The position numbers and the translations under genes were made by a program. A DNA stretch of 63,940 bases, the filler included, from an uncultured bacterium (GTDB lineage Bacteria > Latescibacterota > UBA2968): NCBI GenBank assembly GCA_964471275.1. It is 3 parts of 3 records of this genome, joined end to end, with 100 filler letters (N's around TTAATTAATTAA, not from the genome) between each part and the next. Parts side by side here need not be neighbours in the genome. Positions count along the whole stretch, not along the records: positions 25,448 to 50,630 come from CAYYGZ010000040.1; 2 more parts are not named here. One strand, 5' to 3'. The notes beneath the pieces were generated by a model. That model saw nothing but the letters and a program-made list of their open reading frames with translations, was not told the origin of the DNA and searched no databases. This document shows positions 32,341 to 43,144 of this stretch, piece after piece. Each line of letters begins with the position of its first letter. Within the stretch, counting starts at the first letter, position 1.

Positions 32341-32379
32341 TTCCAAACTACCCCGACACTCGGAAACGATTCCGCGGCG

Positions 32380-33318
32380 AAACCCCGTAGTGTCCTTCTA
32401 CTGATTGCGGATGACTGGAGTCCGCTCGCCGAGTGCTACGGCAGTTCGGTCATACAGACCCCGGTCATGGATGCTCTGGCCAAACGAGCGACACGGTTTA
32501 CGAATGCGTTCTGCACGACGCCTTCCTGCGTTGCCAGCCGGGCGAATATCCTGACCGATCACTACAGTCATACACACAGTCACAGCATCCACAATTTCCA
32601 TACCGGCAACCACACGCCGTCCATTGTGAAGGCCCTGTCGGGTGAAGGATACGCAGCGGGCATCATCGGCAAGATGCACGTTCAGCCGGAAGCGGCGTAT
32701 CCGTGGACACACAATATGGTGGCGGTCAAAGGAAGCAGCCGGAGCCCGCAGGGGATGGCCGATCGGACACACGAGTTCTTTACCGATATCGGGGATGTAA
32801 TTTTCTACCTGCACATGGGGTTCAGTGATCCGCATCGTGATTTCGGAAACAGCCAGAATTATGTGGACTACACTGAAACGAAGTATGGAACTGAAGATGT
32901 TCCGGTGCCGAATTTTCTACCGGATCACCTGGATGTACGCGCGGAACTTGCGGAATACTATCAGTTGATTACGCGGATGGATGCGGGATTCGGACGCGCC
33001 GTAGAGGTACTCGAGGAGGCGGGACGGGCAGAAGACACGATGATTATCGTGATGAGCGATCACGGGACACCATTTACGGGTGCAAAAGCGTCCTCCTTCA
33101 ATTCTGGACATAACTGCCCGCTGCTGATTGCACGACCGGGGGCGAGCGAGGTGGAGAGTGACGCCCTCGTAAACTGGAACAGTATCGCGCCGACTGTCTA
33201 CGATTGGTGCGGCGTCGATTCTCCCGATGGCCTGCCGGAGAAGTCGTTGCTGCCGATTCTGGACGATTCCCACCCGGAAGGCTGGGACGAGGTGATCTTT
33301 TCGCGCACCTTTCACTAA
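32380..33318 (+). pseudogene. truncated sulfatase
   Basis: KPRSVLLLIADDW in frame upstream with no clear start codon; CVASR, GKMHV, SDHG; ends at SRTFH, lacking the C-terminal region. Confidence 0.75.
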
Positions 33319-33477
33319 TGACCGTTGAAAGACGGAAGCTATGTGCAGGGATGTGGTGAGATCGGGAGATGGGAGTCAACGTCAAGGCAATGTCGAGTGC
33401 CGAGCAGGTTCGGTGACGGGGAGCGAGAGGTGAACGGCAGGGGAAAATGGCAAGGCCAATATCGAACAGGATAAGAT

Positions 33478-34437
33478 ATGAACCAGGAAATCGCGGGACG
33501 AGTAACGGATATCATCGGGGGGACGCCGATGATACGGTTGGAGAATCTGTCGCCGGCAGGAGGAGCGACGATTCTGGCGAAGATGGAGTATCTGAACCCG
33601 GGCGGGAGCGTCAAGGATCGGATAGCCTTGAGCATGCTGAAAGACGCAGAAGCATCAGGAGTGCTGAAGCCCGGGATGACGGTGGTGGAGGCAACGAGCG
33701 GGAATACAGGGATCGGGCTGGCGATGCTGTGTGCGAAGCTCAACTATCGACTTGTGCTGACGATGCCCGAAACGATGAGCTTCGAGCGGCGTGCGCTTGT
33801 GACAAGATATGGCGCAGAGGTGGTGGTTACGCCGGGACCCGAGCACATGGATGGTGCCAAGCGGCGGGCTCGCGAAATCGTAGAGGGAAACGCAAGCTGC
33901 GTGGAGCTCAGGCAATTCGACAATCCTGCCAATCCGGCCGTGCATCGTAAGAATACGGGTCCGGAGATCCTGAGGGCGATCGGTGGGAAGGTTGCGGCGT
34001 TTGTGGCCGGGGTCGGTACCGGTGGAACGATCACGGGCGTCGGAGAGGTCCTCAAGGGTGCAGACTCAAGTATCAAGATCATCGGTGTCGAACCAGCGGG
34101 TTCTGCTGTTCTGAACGGCAAATCGGCAGGCATACACGCCATCGAGGGGATCGGGGCAGGATTCATTCCGTCGATCTTGAATCGGGAGATCATCGACGAT
34201 GTTCTGATGATCGAGGATCGGGAGGCTTTCGACACGACAGAGGCACTCGCACGGGAGGAGGCGCTTCTGGTTGGTATCTCGTCTGGGGCCAATGTCCTGG
34301 CCGCTCAGCGTGTGGCAGGATCGTTGTCGTCTGCAGATGTTGTTGTGACGGTCCTGTGTGATACGGGAACCCGATACTTCAGTATCGAGGAGTACTTCCA
34401 GAAAGACAACGTTCAGAACCAGAGCATCCTTCTCTAG
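33478..34437 (+). CDS. cysK: cysteine synthase A
   Basis: NPGGSVKDRIA PLP Lys; EATSGNTG; GVGTGGT; GIGAGF. Confidence 0.95.
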   Translation: MNQEIAGRVTDIIGGTPMIRLENLSPAGGATILAKMEYLNPGGSVKDRIALSMLKDAEASGVLKPGMTVVEATSGNTGIGLAMLCAKLNYRLVLTMPETMSFERRALVTRYGAEVVVTPGPEHMDGAKRRAREIVEGNASCVELRQFDNPANPAVHRKNTGPEILRAIGGKVAAFVAGVGTGGTITGVGEVLKGADSSIKIIGVEPAGSAVLNGKSAGIHAIEGIGAGFIPSILNREIIDDVLMIEDREAFDTTEALAREEALLVGISSGANVLAAQRVAGSLSSADVVVTVLCDTGTRYFSIEEYFQKDNVQNQSILL

Positions 34438-34445
34438 GCCAATTC

Positions 34446-35588
34446 ATGGTATTGAGTCGCAAAGAGCGCGCACGCGAATCGCGGTTTCGGAAGCGGTTGT
34501 CCATCTGGCCAAGAGAAAGTTCCTGGCCAGGTGTTCTGCTGTGTGCTGCACTGACGTGGGTGGGTGCGCTGCTCAACACGGTACCTTATCGCCCGTTTAC
34601 GACGTCCGATGGCCAACATCCCGTAAGCACGGTCCTGCTGGCGCTTCTGCTCGGGATGATCGTTCGGAACTGTATCCCCGCTGTGGCTCACCTGAAAGCC
34701 GGCGTGAATACGATGGTCAAGCAATGGCTGCCCGTCGGGATTGTTCTGCTCGGCGCAGGGCTGAATTTCTACGATCTGCTGCAGGTCGCTATCCAGGTCG
34801 CTGTGGGCGCGGGAATTCTGATCACGGTGCTGATCGTGGTGTCACGACTTGTCGCGCGATGGCTCACTGTCGAAGAAAAACTCGGGATGCTGATCGGTGT
34901 GGGTACCGCGATTTGCGGAAGTTCGGCGATTGTGGCTGTTGCTCCCGTAGTCGAGGCGCGGGATGAAGATATGGCCTACTCGATCGGCGCAGTCAATCTG
35001 CTCGGCGTGGCTGCGATGCTGATCTACCCCGTCCTTGGCACGTTGTTCGCGATCGATGCGGATGTCTACGGCGCGTGGTGTGGTCTGGGGATACACGCGA
35101 CGCCTCAGGTGATTGCAGCCGGATTCGCACATCCGGTTGACGGGCAGACGGCCGGTGAGATGTCGACGATCGTGAAGCTGGTCCGTATCTCTCTGCTCGG
35201 GCCGGCTGTTTTCGCAGTCGGCGCGTGGTATGCGCACCGCCGGCGACAGGAGTTGGTCTACATCGGGAAGCCCGTTCGGTACTCAACACTGGTTCCGGGC
35301 TTCGTGGTCGCGTTTCTCGGGCTGGCGCTCCTGCGAACGCTGGGTTTTCTGCCCGAGGTGACACTACACCTGGGGGACGATTTCATACTCGGGGCTGGTG
35401 ATAGGACTGTTGTGGTGGCGAGGACGATGAGCCAGGGAGGTAAGTGGCTCATCACGGCTGCTATGGCGGGGGTGGGATTATCGACGGAGTTCCGAGCGAT
35501 GAAGGTGGGTGGTGTACGGCCGCTAATGATGGGCGTTGTGCTGGCGGTGCTGATGGGAGGGTTGGGGTTGGTAGTGGCGAGCTTGTGA
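34446..35588 (+). CDS. YeiH family putative sulfate exporter
   Basis: Multi-TM protein; GTAICGSSAI; TIVKLVRI; AMAGVGL. Confidence 0.88.
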   Translation: MVLSRKERARESRFRKRLSIWPRESSWPGVLLCAALTWVGALLNTVPYRPFTTSDGQHPVSTVLLALLLGMIVRNCIPAVAHLKAGVNTMVKQWLPVGIVLLGAGLNFYDLLQVAIQVAVGAGILITVLIVVSRLVARWLTVEEKLGMLIGVGTAICGSSAIVAVAPVVEARDEDMAYSIGAVNLLGVAAMLIYPVLGTLFAIDADVYGAWCGLGIHATPQVIAAGFAHPVDGQTAGEMSTIVKLVRISLLGPAVFAVGAWYAHRRRQELVYIGKPVRYSTLVPGFVVAFLGLALLRTLGFLPEVTLHLGDDFILGAGDRTVVVARTMSQGGKWLITAAMAGVGLSTEFRAMKVGGVRPLMMGVVLAVLMGGLGLVVASL

Positions 35589-35706
35589 GGCGGGGAGAGT
35601 ATTCAATGATCATTAACCATTTGCCATTGAAAGGCGAGGGGGGGGCCGTAGCGGAGGGAAATCGATCGGGAATGTACGGGCACGGAGATTTTCGAGAGAA
35701 ATACGC

Positions 35707-38046
35707 ATGGATGAGATGAAGTCAGTGATCGTTGCCTTGCTGAAGGGGGAGATGAGTGTTGAGGAGGTGGGTGAGCGTCTTGGGCTGACCCGGGGACAGG
35801 TGGCGGGTCGGAGGCGGAGGTATTTGAGGCGGAAGCTGCCCCGGATCGATGGGAAGGTGCGGGAGTCCGGGCTCGATGGGCCAGTGGAGATCCTGCGAGA
35901 CGCGTGGGGAGTGGCGCACATCGAGGCGAACTGTGTGGCGGATGGGTTCTTTGGGCTGGGGTATGCGATGGCGCAGGATCGGCTGTGGCAGCTGGACCAT
36001 ATGCGCAGGCTGGCTTCGGGGAGACTTTCCGAGATTCTCGGATGTTCGTGGCTGAAACAGGACAAATTGCATCGTACGATCGGGTTGCGGAGGTCGGCGG
36101 AGGCGGCTGTCGCTGTCGCAGACGAGGAGGTTTTGCTCGTTCTCGAATCCCTAGCAGCGGGCATCAACGCTCACGCAGCCGCGTGTCAGGATCTACCCGT
36201 CGAGTTCGATCTGCTGGACTACACGCCGGAACCGTGGACCCCGGTGGATTCCGTTGCTGTGTGGAAGTGGCGCTGGTGGATGCTGACGGGACGGTTAAAC
36301 GTCATTTCGGTGGCTGAAGCGGGGCGACGACACCTGAATGACGATCTGTTTCGGCAGTACATGTCGTGTGAAGCGAACGACCAGACGATCGTGCCGGGAG
36401 ATGGGCCAGCGGAGACGGGGGGACACGATACTGGTGAGGGGAGCAACAACTGGGTCGTCGGTGGGTCGCGAACAACTTCAGGAAAACCGATCCTGGCGAC
36501 GGATCCGCACAACAGTGTCGATCTGTCTCGTCAGTGGTATCAAGCGCAGCTGACCGTTCCAGGGTTGGATGCGATTGGTGCGTTCTTCCTCGGTACGCCA
36601 GGCATCTATCTCGGACATACACGACACGCCGCCTGGGGAGTAACCAACCATACGGCTTCGGCGCGTGATGTGTATGTAGAGACACCGGGAGATGACGTCG
36701 GGTGCTACATTGATGGTGATCATTCAAGATCGTTCGAGTGTATTGACGAGCGTATCGTTGTCAGTGACGATGAGGATGTGGACTTTGCGATACAACTGAC
36801 GTCACGGGGTCCCCTGATTCAGGATTTCGTGCCGGCGGTAGATGATACAAATCCCCTGTTATCACTGAAATGGAACGGTAGCGAACCGACGACCGGGTTC
36901 GAGTCGATGCTGGCACTGCTTCGGTCGTCATCGGCCGATGACGTTGTCGGCGCACTCCGGCAATGGCCCTTTCCGATCCTGAATTTTCTGTATGCCGATG
37001 ACGCAGGGCACATCGGCTATCACGTGGCGGGTCACGTCCCTGAGCGATCGGTCGCGCGACGGGGATACAAGCTGCCGCACGATCCGGATGACGCGTGGGT
37101 GGGCAACTACGCGTTCGATGGGCTGCCACAGCTGAACGATCCGAAGCGAGACTGGGTTGCCAGTGCGAACAACCCGCCCTGGGGCGGCGATCGACCCTAT
37201 CTCTATCTGGGGTCCTGGTCGGACGGGTATCGGTTCCGCAGGATCCGGGAACGGATCGAAGCGGTATCCACCCACGACATCGATTCGGTCGGAGCGATTC
37301 ACGCAGATACGGTCCTCGGTCGCGCAGAGGATCTTGCACCCATTGTTGCCGAGGTTGCTGCTTCCGGACCCAACAGGGCGATTCGTGAACTGGGTGAGAT
37401 CCTGAAGGGCTGGGACGGGGCGTATGGTGTGGATGAGATCGCACCGACGGTCTTTTCGGCGTTTTGGAATGTCTGGATCGATCGTGTCGCACGTGCCCGC
37501 TTTCCCGAACACCTGATTGGGTTGACGAAGGATCGATGTGCAGGGGTTGCTCGACTGATCCTGACAGGTGACGCGCGTGACTGGTTGGGTGAAGGAGTCT
37601 CGGTTGATGGGGAAGTTGTCGCCGCTCTAAGGGACACGCTTGCGTGGATAAAAGAGAAGATCGGGCCTCGCAAGTCGTCGTGGCGATGGGGTAAACTGCA
37701 TACGGTGACGTTCTCGCATCCGTGTGCCGACACAGAAGAACTGGCGAAGCTGCTGAACGTCGGTCCTGTGGAGACGTCAGGGGTGACGGGAACGGTCAGA
37801 GCAGCCGGTCACAGTCTGGCGGATCCGTTCAAGGTGACCGGACTGTCGACCTACCGGATGGTGGTCGATCTCGGGATTCCGGCGAGGGCGAAGGCGACGT
37901 CGGCCGGCGGGCAGTCGGGTCATCCGGCGAGTCCGCACTACCGAACGCAGTCGGAGCTCTGGTTGCGGGATGAATACCATCCGCTGCTCATGGACCGGAA
38001 GGATGTGGAGCGGAATCTGGATGGCGTGTTGATACTAACGCCGTAG
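35707..38046 (+). CDS. penicillin acylase family Ntn-hydrolase with HTH-like N-terminus
   Basis: RDAWGVAHI, AQDRLWQ, GSNNWVV nucleophile, ATDPH, GGQSGHPASPHY. Confidence 0.92.
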   Translation: MDEMKSVIVALLKGEMSVEEVGERLGLTRGQVAGRRRRYLRRKLPRIDGKVRESGLDGPVEILRDAWGVAHIEANCVADGFFGLGYAMAQDRLWQLDHMRRLASGRLSEILGCSWLKQDKLHRTIGLRRSAEAAVAVADEEVLLVLESLAAGINAHAAACQDLPVEFDLLDYTPEPWTPVDSVAVWKWRWWMLTGRLNVISVAEAGRRHLNDDLFRQYMSCEANDQTIVPGDGPAETGGHDTGEGSNNWVVGGSRTTSGKPILATDPHNSVDLSRQWYQAQLTVPGLDAIGAFFLGTPGIYLGHTRHAAWGVTNHTASARDVYVETPGDDVGCYIDGDHSRSFECIDERIVVSDDEDVDFAIQLTSRGPLIQDFVPAVDDTNPLLSLKWNGSEPTTGFESMLALLRSSSADDVVGALRQWPFPILNFLYADDAGHIGYHVAGHVPERSVARRGYKLPHDPDDAWVGNYAFDGLPQLNDPKRDWVASANNPPWGGDRPYLYLGSWSDGYRFRRIRERIEAVSTHDIDSVGAIHADTVLGRAEDLAPIVAEVAASGPNRAIRELGEILKGWDGAYGVDEIAPTVFSAFWNVWIDRVARARFPEHLIGLTKDRCAGVARLILTGDARDWLGEGVSVDGEVVAALRDTLAWIKEKIGPRKSSWRWGKLHTVTFSHPCADTEELAKLLNVGPVETSGVTGTVRAAGHSLADPFKVTGLSTYRMVVDLGIPARAKATSAGGQSGHPASPHYRTQSELWLRDEYHPLLMDRKDVERNLDGVLILTP

Positions 38047-38364
38047 TCGAGCGTATGGCCGCGGTGCGGGGACACGCAGAAAAGCGATAGAAAACGCCGT
38101 CATACCGAGCGAGTGGTGACGCGTTCAGGGCAGAGGAGTTGATCGGCGAAGGTGTTGTGTTTTCGGAATCCTATTCGCTGACTGGGATCCAGGGCCAGTT
38201 CCTTGTGGAGCGTGCACTGATGTCGATGGATAGACGGGATCTCGCAGGGGCGTGGAAAGATGTGGTCAGGGCGATCGCATTGTATCGAGGGTTGTCGGAT
38301 CGGCATCCGGGGATCAAAGGACTGGAGAGACTGAGGGAGGCGATGGAGAGAGATGGGGGATAAT

Positions 38365-38406
38365 GTCCAACACTGAATGGCTGACATAGAATGTCGAGTG
38401 CCGAGC
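38365..38406 (+). repeat. degenerate 7-bp tandem repeat
   Basis: GTCCAAC/ACTGAAT/GGCTGAC/ATAGAAT/GTCGAGT/GCCGAGC; last 17 nt identical to 33389-33405. Confidence 0.55.
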
Positions 38407-38585
38407 GGGTCTGCGGAAGGTGAAGCCAGGGGTCTGGCCGGGAGCGAGAATGGGGTGATTTGCAGGGCCGGCGACGTGTGCGGCAGGGCTGCGAGGGCCG
38501 GCTTTCCGACTCGGATTGACAAGGATATGGCAAACCCGTACAAACAGGGATCATCACTTGTTTTACCTACGACAGGAGAATCTTT

Positions 38586-39674
38586 ATGCGTGTTACTTTG
38601 ACAAGCCCAAGAAGGCGACCCGCACACCTTGCGACGTTTGATGCGCCCGAGGGTGTCGACTCCAAACTGCTGAAATTGACAGGTAACGGCGAGGAACTGG
38701 TGGCCGAGCGCGATCCCGGTGAGGGGGTCTACCACGTTCACGCGCCGGCCGTCGCTCCCGGCGAACCGGTCTCGTATGAACTGGAGGCGATCGATTCCGC
38801 AGGGCCCGCCACAAGCATCGGAGTCGAGCACGGGGATAGCGAGGTTGTGATCTCGTTGTCGGATTCGCCGCTGATGACGTTCAAGTATGGCGATGATGTG
38901 GTGAAGCCGACGATCAACCCGATTCTGACCCCCGGTGGCACCAACATGCTTCGAGAGCCGATGGATGCCTGGACCGAAGGCGAGCATCCCTGGCAGCGGG
39001 GTCTGACGCTGATGCAGGGAGCGATCAACGGGATTGACTGCTGGAACGAGAAGACGATCGAAACGCACGGTCGAACGGAGCAGGATTCGATCAACATCGA
39101 TCACGGACCCGTCTCCCTGGCGATATCCAGCGAGAATTCATGGTATTGCGGCGACGACAGGCTGATGACGGATCATCGCACTTACCGGCTGTTCGACACG
39201 GCTCGGGATGCGGCAGTGCTTGACATCTCGTTGGCACTCAAGGCCTCTGAGGGAGCCGTCACGATCGGAGATACCAAAGAGGGTGGCTTTCTTTGTATCC
39301 GTGTCAACCCGACAATGAATGCAAGTGACGGCGGCACGATGCAGAATGCATACGGGGCAGCGGATGAGAAGGGATGTTGGTCGTTCCCGTCTCACTGGAT
39401 GGACTACTACGGTCCTGTCGGCGGCGAGACTGCAGGTTTTGCGATCTTCGATCATCCGAGGAACTTCCGGTATCCGACGACGTGGCACGTCCGTGGCTAC
39501 GGTCTTTTCGCACCGAATTGCTGGATGTTCAAGCCGGATCACCAACTGGCGGCCCGCGAGGAGTTGACTTTCCGGTGGCGGATAACGATTCACACGGGTG
39601 ATACCAAGAAGGCCCAGATCGCCGATCGCTTTCTCGATTACGTGGACGGACTGCGGTTGGCGGCTGAGGAGTAG
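38586..39674 (+). CDS. DUF6807 / 'PmoA-family' beta-sandwich protein
   Basis: EHPWQRGL, GDTKEGGF.IRV, FDHPRNFRYPTTWHVRGYGLFAPN. Confidence 0.7.
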   Translation: MRVTLTSPRRRPAHLATFDAPEGVDSKLLKLTGNGEELVAERDPGEGVYHVHAPAVAPGEPVSYELEAIDSAGPATSIGVEHGDSEVVISLSDSPLMTFKYGDDVVKPTINPILTPGGTNMLREPMDAWTEGEHPWQRGLTLMQGAINGIDCWNEKTIETHGRTEQDSINIDHGPVSLAISSENSWYCGDDRLMTDHRTYRLFDTARDAAVLDISLALKASEGAVTIGDTKEGGFLCIRVNPTMNASDGGTMQNAYGAADEKGCWSFPSHWMDYYGPVGGETAGFAIFDHPRNFRYPTTWHVRGYGLFAPNCWMFKPDHQLAAREELTFRWRITIHTGDTKKAQIADRFLDYVDGLRLAAEE

Positions 39675-39786
39675 GATATGGCGCTTCGTCTCGTCGCGGT
39701 ATCTAGACGAGATAGAGTGAGGTCGTCGGGCAGTGAGATAGTTACTGATGAGCAGTGAGGTCATGAGACAAGGGGATAGGTAGGGC

Positions 39787-40650
39787 ATGAGTGAGGAGGA
39801 GAAGCAATGGCTGATCGGGGCGAACGGAATCCTGGCGGGTTCACCCGATGGGTCGTGGGAGCGACTTGGGAACTACCGGTATACTGTCAATCAGGTCCTG
39901 AGGGACACGGGTTCGACACTAACGGTCGCGACGGGGAATGGGCTCTGGCGTGTGCCTGTGGATCGGTCAGGCACGTGGGTTCAGCTGCACGATGAGACCC
40001 TGACGGAGGTAGCGACGATCGTGCGATCCCCCGTCGGGATTGTGGCGGGATCCCCATACGGCGTGGCCGTTTGTAGGGATGACGACGCGAGGAATCCAAG
40101 GTGGCAGAGTCTGACGGAACACCTTCGGGTGAATGCTCGATTCACGAATACGATCCTGATCGATCCGGCGGATCCGACGCGGTGGCTTGTCGGTACCGAG
40201 GGCGGGCTGATCATCGGTCAGGACAACGGATCGGTGTGGTCGGAGTCCGAGCTGAACGACTCACCGGTCCGGTCGGTGATACACGCAAAGGGGAGATTCT
40301 GGGCCGCCAGTGACAAGCACGGTCTTCTGAGAAGCGTCGATGGGTGCCAATGGGAGTCTGTGGAGGGGGTGCCCGGGCCGGCGTTTACCGTGGCGTGCCA
40401 GGGCGATTGGCTTGTCGTAGGTACGATGCGTGGGGTTGTCGTGTGTGAACCAAATGGCCCGGCGAAACGTCTGGGCGCCAACATCCTGGTGAGATGTCTG
40501 GGAATCGATCCCGCGAATCCGGATATGTGGGTCGCGGGCGCAGATCCCGGTGGGCTCTGGGTGACGTATGACGCAGGGAAAACCTGGAAGAATACGGGTG
40601 TTGTGACGCGAGTTCGTACCGTTGTCGCACCCGAGGGAGGTGAGGAGTGA
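39787..40650 (+). CDS. BNR/WD40-like beta-propeller protein
   Basis: Asp-box-like RSVDGCQW, TYDAGKTW and DNGSVW. Confidence 0.7.
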   Translation: MSEEEKQWLIGANGILAGSPDGSWERLGNYRYTVNQVLRDTGSTLTVATGNGLWRVPVDRSGTWVQLHDETLTEVATIVRSPVGIVAGSPYGVAVCRDDDARNPRWQSLTEHLRVNARFTNTILIDPADPTRWLVGTEGGLIIGQDNGSVWSESELNDSPVRSVIHAKGRFWAASDKHGLLRSVDGCQWESVEGVPGPAFTVACQGDWLVVGTMRGVVVCEPNGPAKRLGANILVRCLGIDPANPDMWVAGADPGGLWVTYDAGKTWKNTGVVTRVRTVVAPEGGEE

Positions 40651-42449
40651 GCCAGGCAGACTACAACGAGGCGCTGTCGGCACGTGCCCGGCAGATGACG
40701 GCAGAGATCGCCGGCCGCGAGCGACAGTCGATCTGGTCGCTGCCCGCGTGTCTGGCTTACGGTGACGTGTCTGATGAGGAACTCACGCAGATCGTGATCG
40801 CCGGTGTGGGCGGGGGGACCCTTGGCTATACGGAACCGCAGACAGGTGGCCCGTTCCAGATCCTGCCGGCCATGCTGCTTATGGCGCGATGGGAAGACCG
40901 GTTGCCCGACGAGGTGATTGGGGCGGTACACCATTTCCTGACTCGGGGCATGATTGAGCGCGGCAACACGGAAAACCACTGGCTCATGTACTATACCGGG
41001 AACCTCCTGGCCGCGGAACGCTGGTCGGATGAGGCCTCCCTGTGGAACGGTCGATCGCCGGCCTCGATGGAAGCGGAAGCAACACGGTGGATCTCCGGGA
41101 TGATCGATCGTACAGCGCTTCACGGTCATCACGAGTACGATTCACCCGGCTATCACGTGGAGCATATGACGCCGTTGATCGGGTTGTATGAACACACGCG
41201 GAATGCACAGCTTCGCGACAAGGTTGAGAAGGTGCTGTCTCTGTTTGTCGGAGACATGGCACTTGAGTTCTTCTACGGGGCGTGGGCAGGCGGTCATAGT
41301 CGTGAAGGTTATCGTGAGAACACCTGGACGCGCGTCGGTCCGATCCGCCCGCTCCAGTATCTCTACTTCGGCGGCGAACCCTTTGATCCGGAACTGCACA
41401 TTCAGCAAGCCTACGCCTTCCCTTCACTTGTGGCCTCCTACCGGCCGCCAGCCCTGTTTGCCGACATCGCCTGGGACCGCGCATCCCCTCACGTGGTCAA
41501 GAAGTCGAAGGCTCCCAGGAGCATTATCCGACATACAGATGCACCAGCGAAACCCGTCCGTAAGTATACCTATCTGAGTAAGTCCTTCGCGTTGGGATCG
41601 AGCCAGATCGGACTGCCGGGTGAATGCGCGGCGCCGATCGACCTGATTTCGTGGGATCTGCACTGGCCTGGCGAGAAGCATCAGGCCAAGATTACTTGTA
41701 ATCATCCCTTCACAGACGGCAGCCGGTTCAGCGCTTTCCTGCCGCCGCTGCCGCAGACGGCGGAACGCTCTGTCGGCGGCCGCAAGCCCTATCTCCAGCG
41801 GCCAGATCGGCTCTTCGGCGCCTCGCCGTTCGAACGGATGATGCAGCACGAAGGTACGGTCATGATTCTGTATCGAATCCCTGACTCAGATGCCTGTCCG
41901 TTTGCGAATCTGTATCTACCCAAGGGTGTGGACTGGGTCGAGCGAGAGCGATGGCTGTTTGCCGAGTTGGATGGATTCTACGTGGCTGTTCGACCTATCG
42001 GAGATTATGAGTGGTTGGAGATCCTGGAGTCACGGAACGATGCGATCATGGTATCGGAGGGCGATCTGATCGATGGGTGGCTCCTGCGGATTCAGGATCG
42101 TCACGCCGGACTGGTGGTGGAGGCCGTGGAGTCGAATGGTTTTGGGTCCTTCGAGGCGTATGTGGATGCGCGAGTCGGGAGGGATGTGGATGTGTCGGAG
42201 TGGCCGGCAGAAAGCAAGGCCACCGTTACGACACACGATGGGAAGATGATGGTCCTGGATTACGATGGGGATCACACCGTCGATGGTGTTGTGATCGAAT
42301 ATGACAGCTGGCCGCTGTATGGGTCGCGGAATGCCGAGGGAGAAGTGGGTACGGGGAAGGTCAAGTTCGAACACGGTGAAAGTGCTGTGGTGGTGGATTT
42401 CGGGTTGGATGGCAGCGCGGACTTGATTCCAATGCGGGTGAGTGGGTGA
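40647..42449 (+). CDS. hypothetical protein (possible lyase/heparinase-like architecture)
   Basis: 600-aa ORF overlapping the upstream stop; GNTENHWLM and EYDSPGY motifs; helical N-half and beta-rich C-half. Confidence 0.6.
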   Translation: MSQADYNEALSARARQMTAEIAGRERQSIWSLPACLAYGDVSDEELTQIVIAGVGGGTLGYTEPQTGGPFQILPAMLLMARWEDRLPDEVIGAVHHFLTRGMIERGNTENHWLMYYTGNLLAAERWSDEASLWNGRSPASMEAEATRWISGMIDRTALHGHHEYDSPGYHVEHMTPLIGLYEHTRNAQLRDKVEKVLSLFVGDMALEFFYGAWAGGHSREGYRENTWTRVGPIRPLQYLYFGGEPFDPELHIQQAYAFPSLVASYRPPALFADIAWDRASPHVVKKSKAPRSIIRHTDAPAKPVRKYTYLSKSFALGSSQIGLPGECAAPIDLISWDLHWPGEKHQAKITCNHPFTDGSRFSAFLPPLPQTAERSVGGRKPYLQRPDRLFGASPFERMMQHEGTVMILYRIPDSDACPFANLYLPKGVDWVERERWLFAELDGFYVAVRPIGDYEWLEILESRNDAIMVSEGDLIDGWLLRIQDRHAGLVVEAVESNGFGSFEAYVDARVGRDVDVSEWPAESKATVTTHDGKMMVLDYDGDHTVDGVVIEYDSWPLYGSRNAEGEVGTGKVKFEHGESAVVVDFGLDGSADLIPMRVSG

Positions 42450-43070
42450 GAAGAGCGGGGGGGATAGGGGGTGGGAGGGGGCAGGCCGGTGAGTGGCGGA
42501 GGACGACGCGGGTGCGTGACGATTGTGTTCGGTTTGTGGACGAAGAGGAGCCTGTTCAGCGACCCTATCGCCAGGAATTTGAGAAATCGGGGCTGAATGT
42601 CCTGACTGCGCTGAGTGGCGAGCTCGGTTTTCGGGTGCAAGCGGGAGAAGAGGCGGTTACGGTGATCTTTGCTTACCGAATGTCCGGCACGTCCGGTGTG
42701 ACCTTTGCGGCAGAGGTCCGCTCTCCGTGGCCGGACGCTTTCTGCTTCATGGTCCCCGGCCGCCGAGGATTTGGAGACGGTCGTTTCCGGGAGCTACGGC
42801 AGCGGTATTCATCGTTTCTTGACTAAGTCGTGAGATCTCGCGGACCTCAGGTGTGCCATCAAGGGCCCTCGTATGGGATCGGCTGCGGAGTGAGACGGGC
42901 GCACCTGGTGCCAGCTTCGAAGATCACACAGATTTGACGGCATATCCGTATCTGGAATGGTCTCACTTGAGCGCGGAGGATGCTCCCCGGTTCACCGCGG
43001 ATCTGATTGGTGAGATGAGGAAGGAAGGGATACTTTGGTAGTGTCGTCCAGCAGAGCCAGGCACAACACA

Positions 43071-43107
43071 AGGGGCGGGTACCGGATGTTCGGTATCCGC
43101 TCCTCTT
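43071..43107 (+). terminator. terminator-like hairpin between convergent units
   Basis: AGGGGCGGGTACCG-gatgtt-CGGTATCCGCTCCT. Confidence 0.55.
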
Positions 43108-43144
43108 GCGTGTTTGTGTACCGGACTATGGTTACGACGAGCTG

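Noticed and set aside
38050..38363. Short helical/TPR-like ORF remnant
   Set aside because: Too short and degenerate to support a call
38586..39674. Particulate methane monooxygenase
   Set aside because: The 'PmoA family' label is misleading: the protein is soluble, lacks TM helices and has no pmoBC neighbours
42446..43041. Two short hypothetical ORFs after the 600-aa gene
   Set aside because: Possibly a frameshifted remnant, but no family is recognisable
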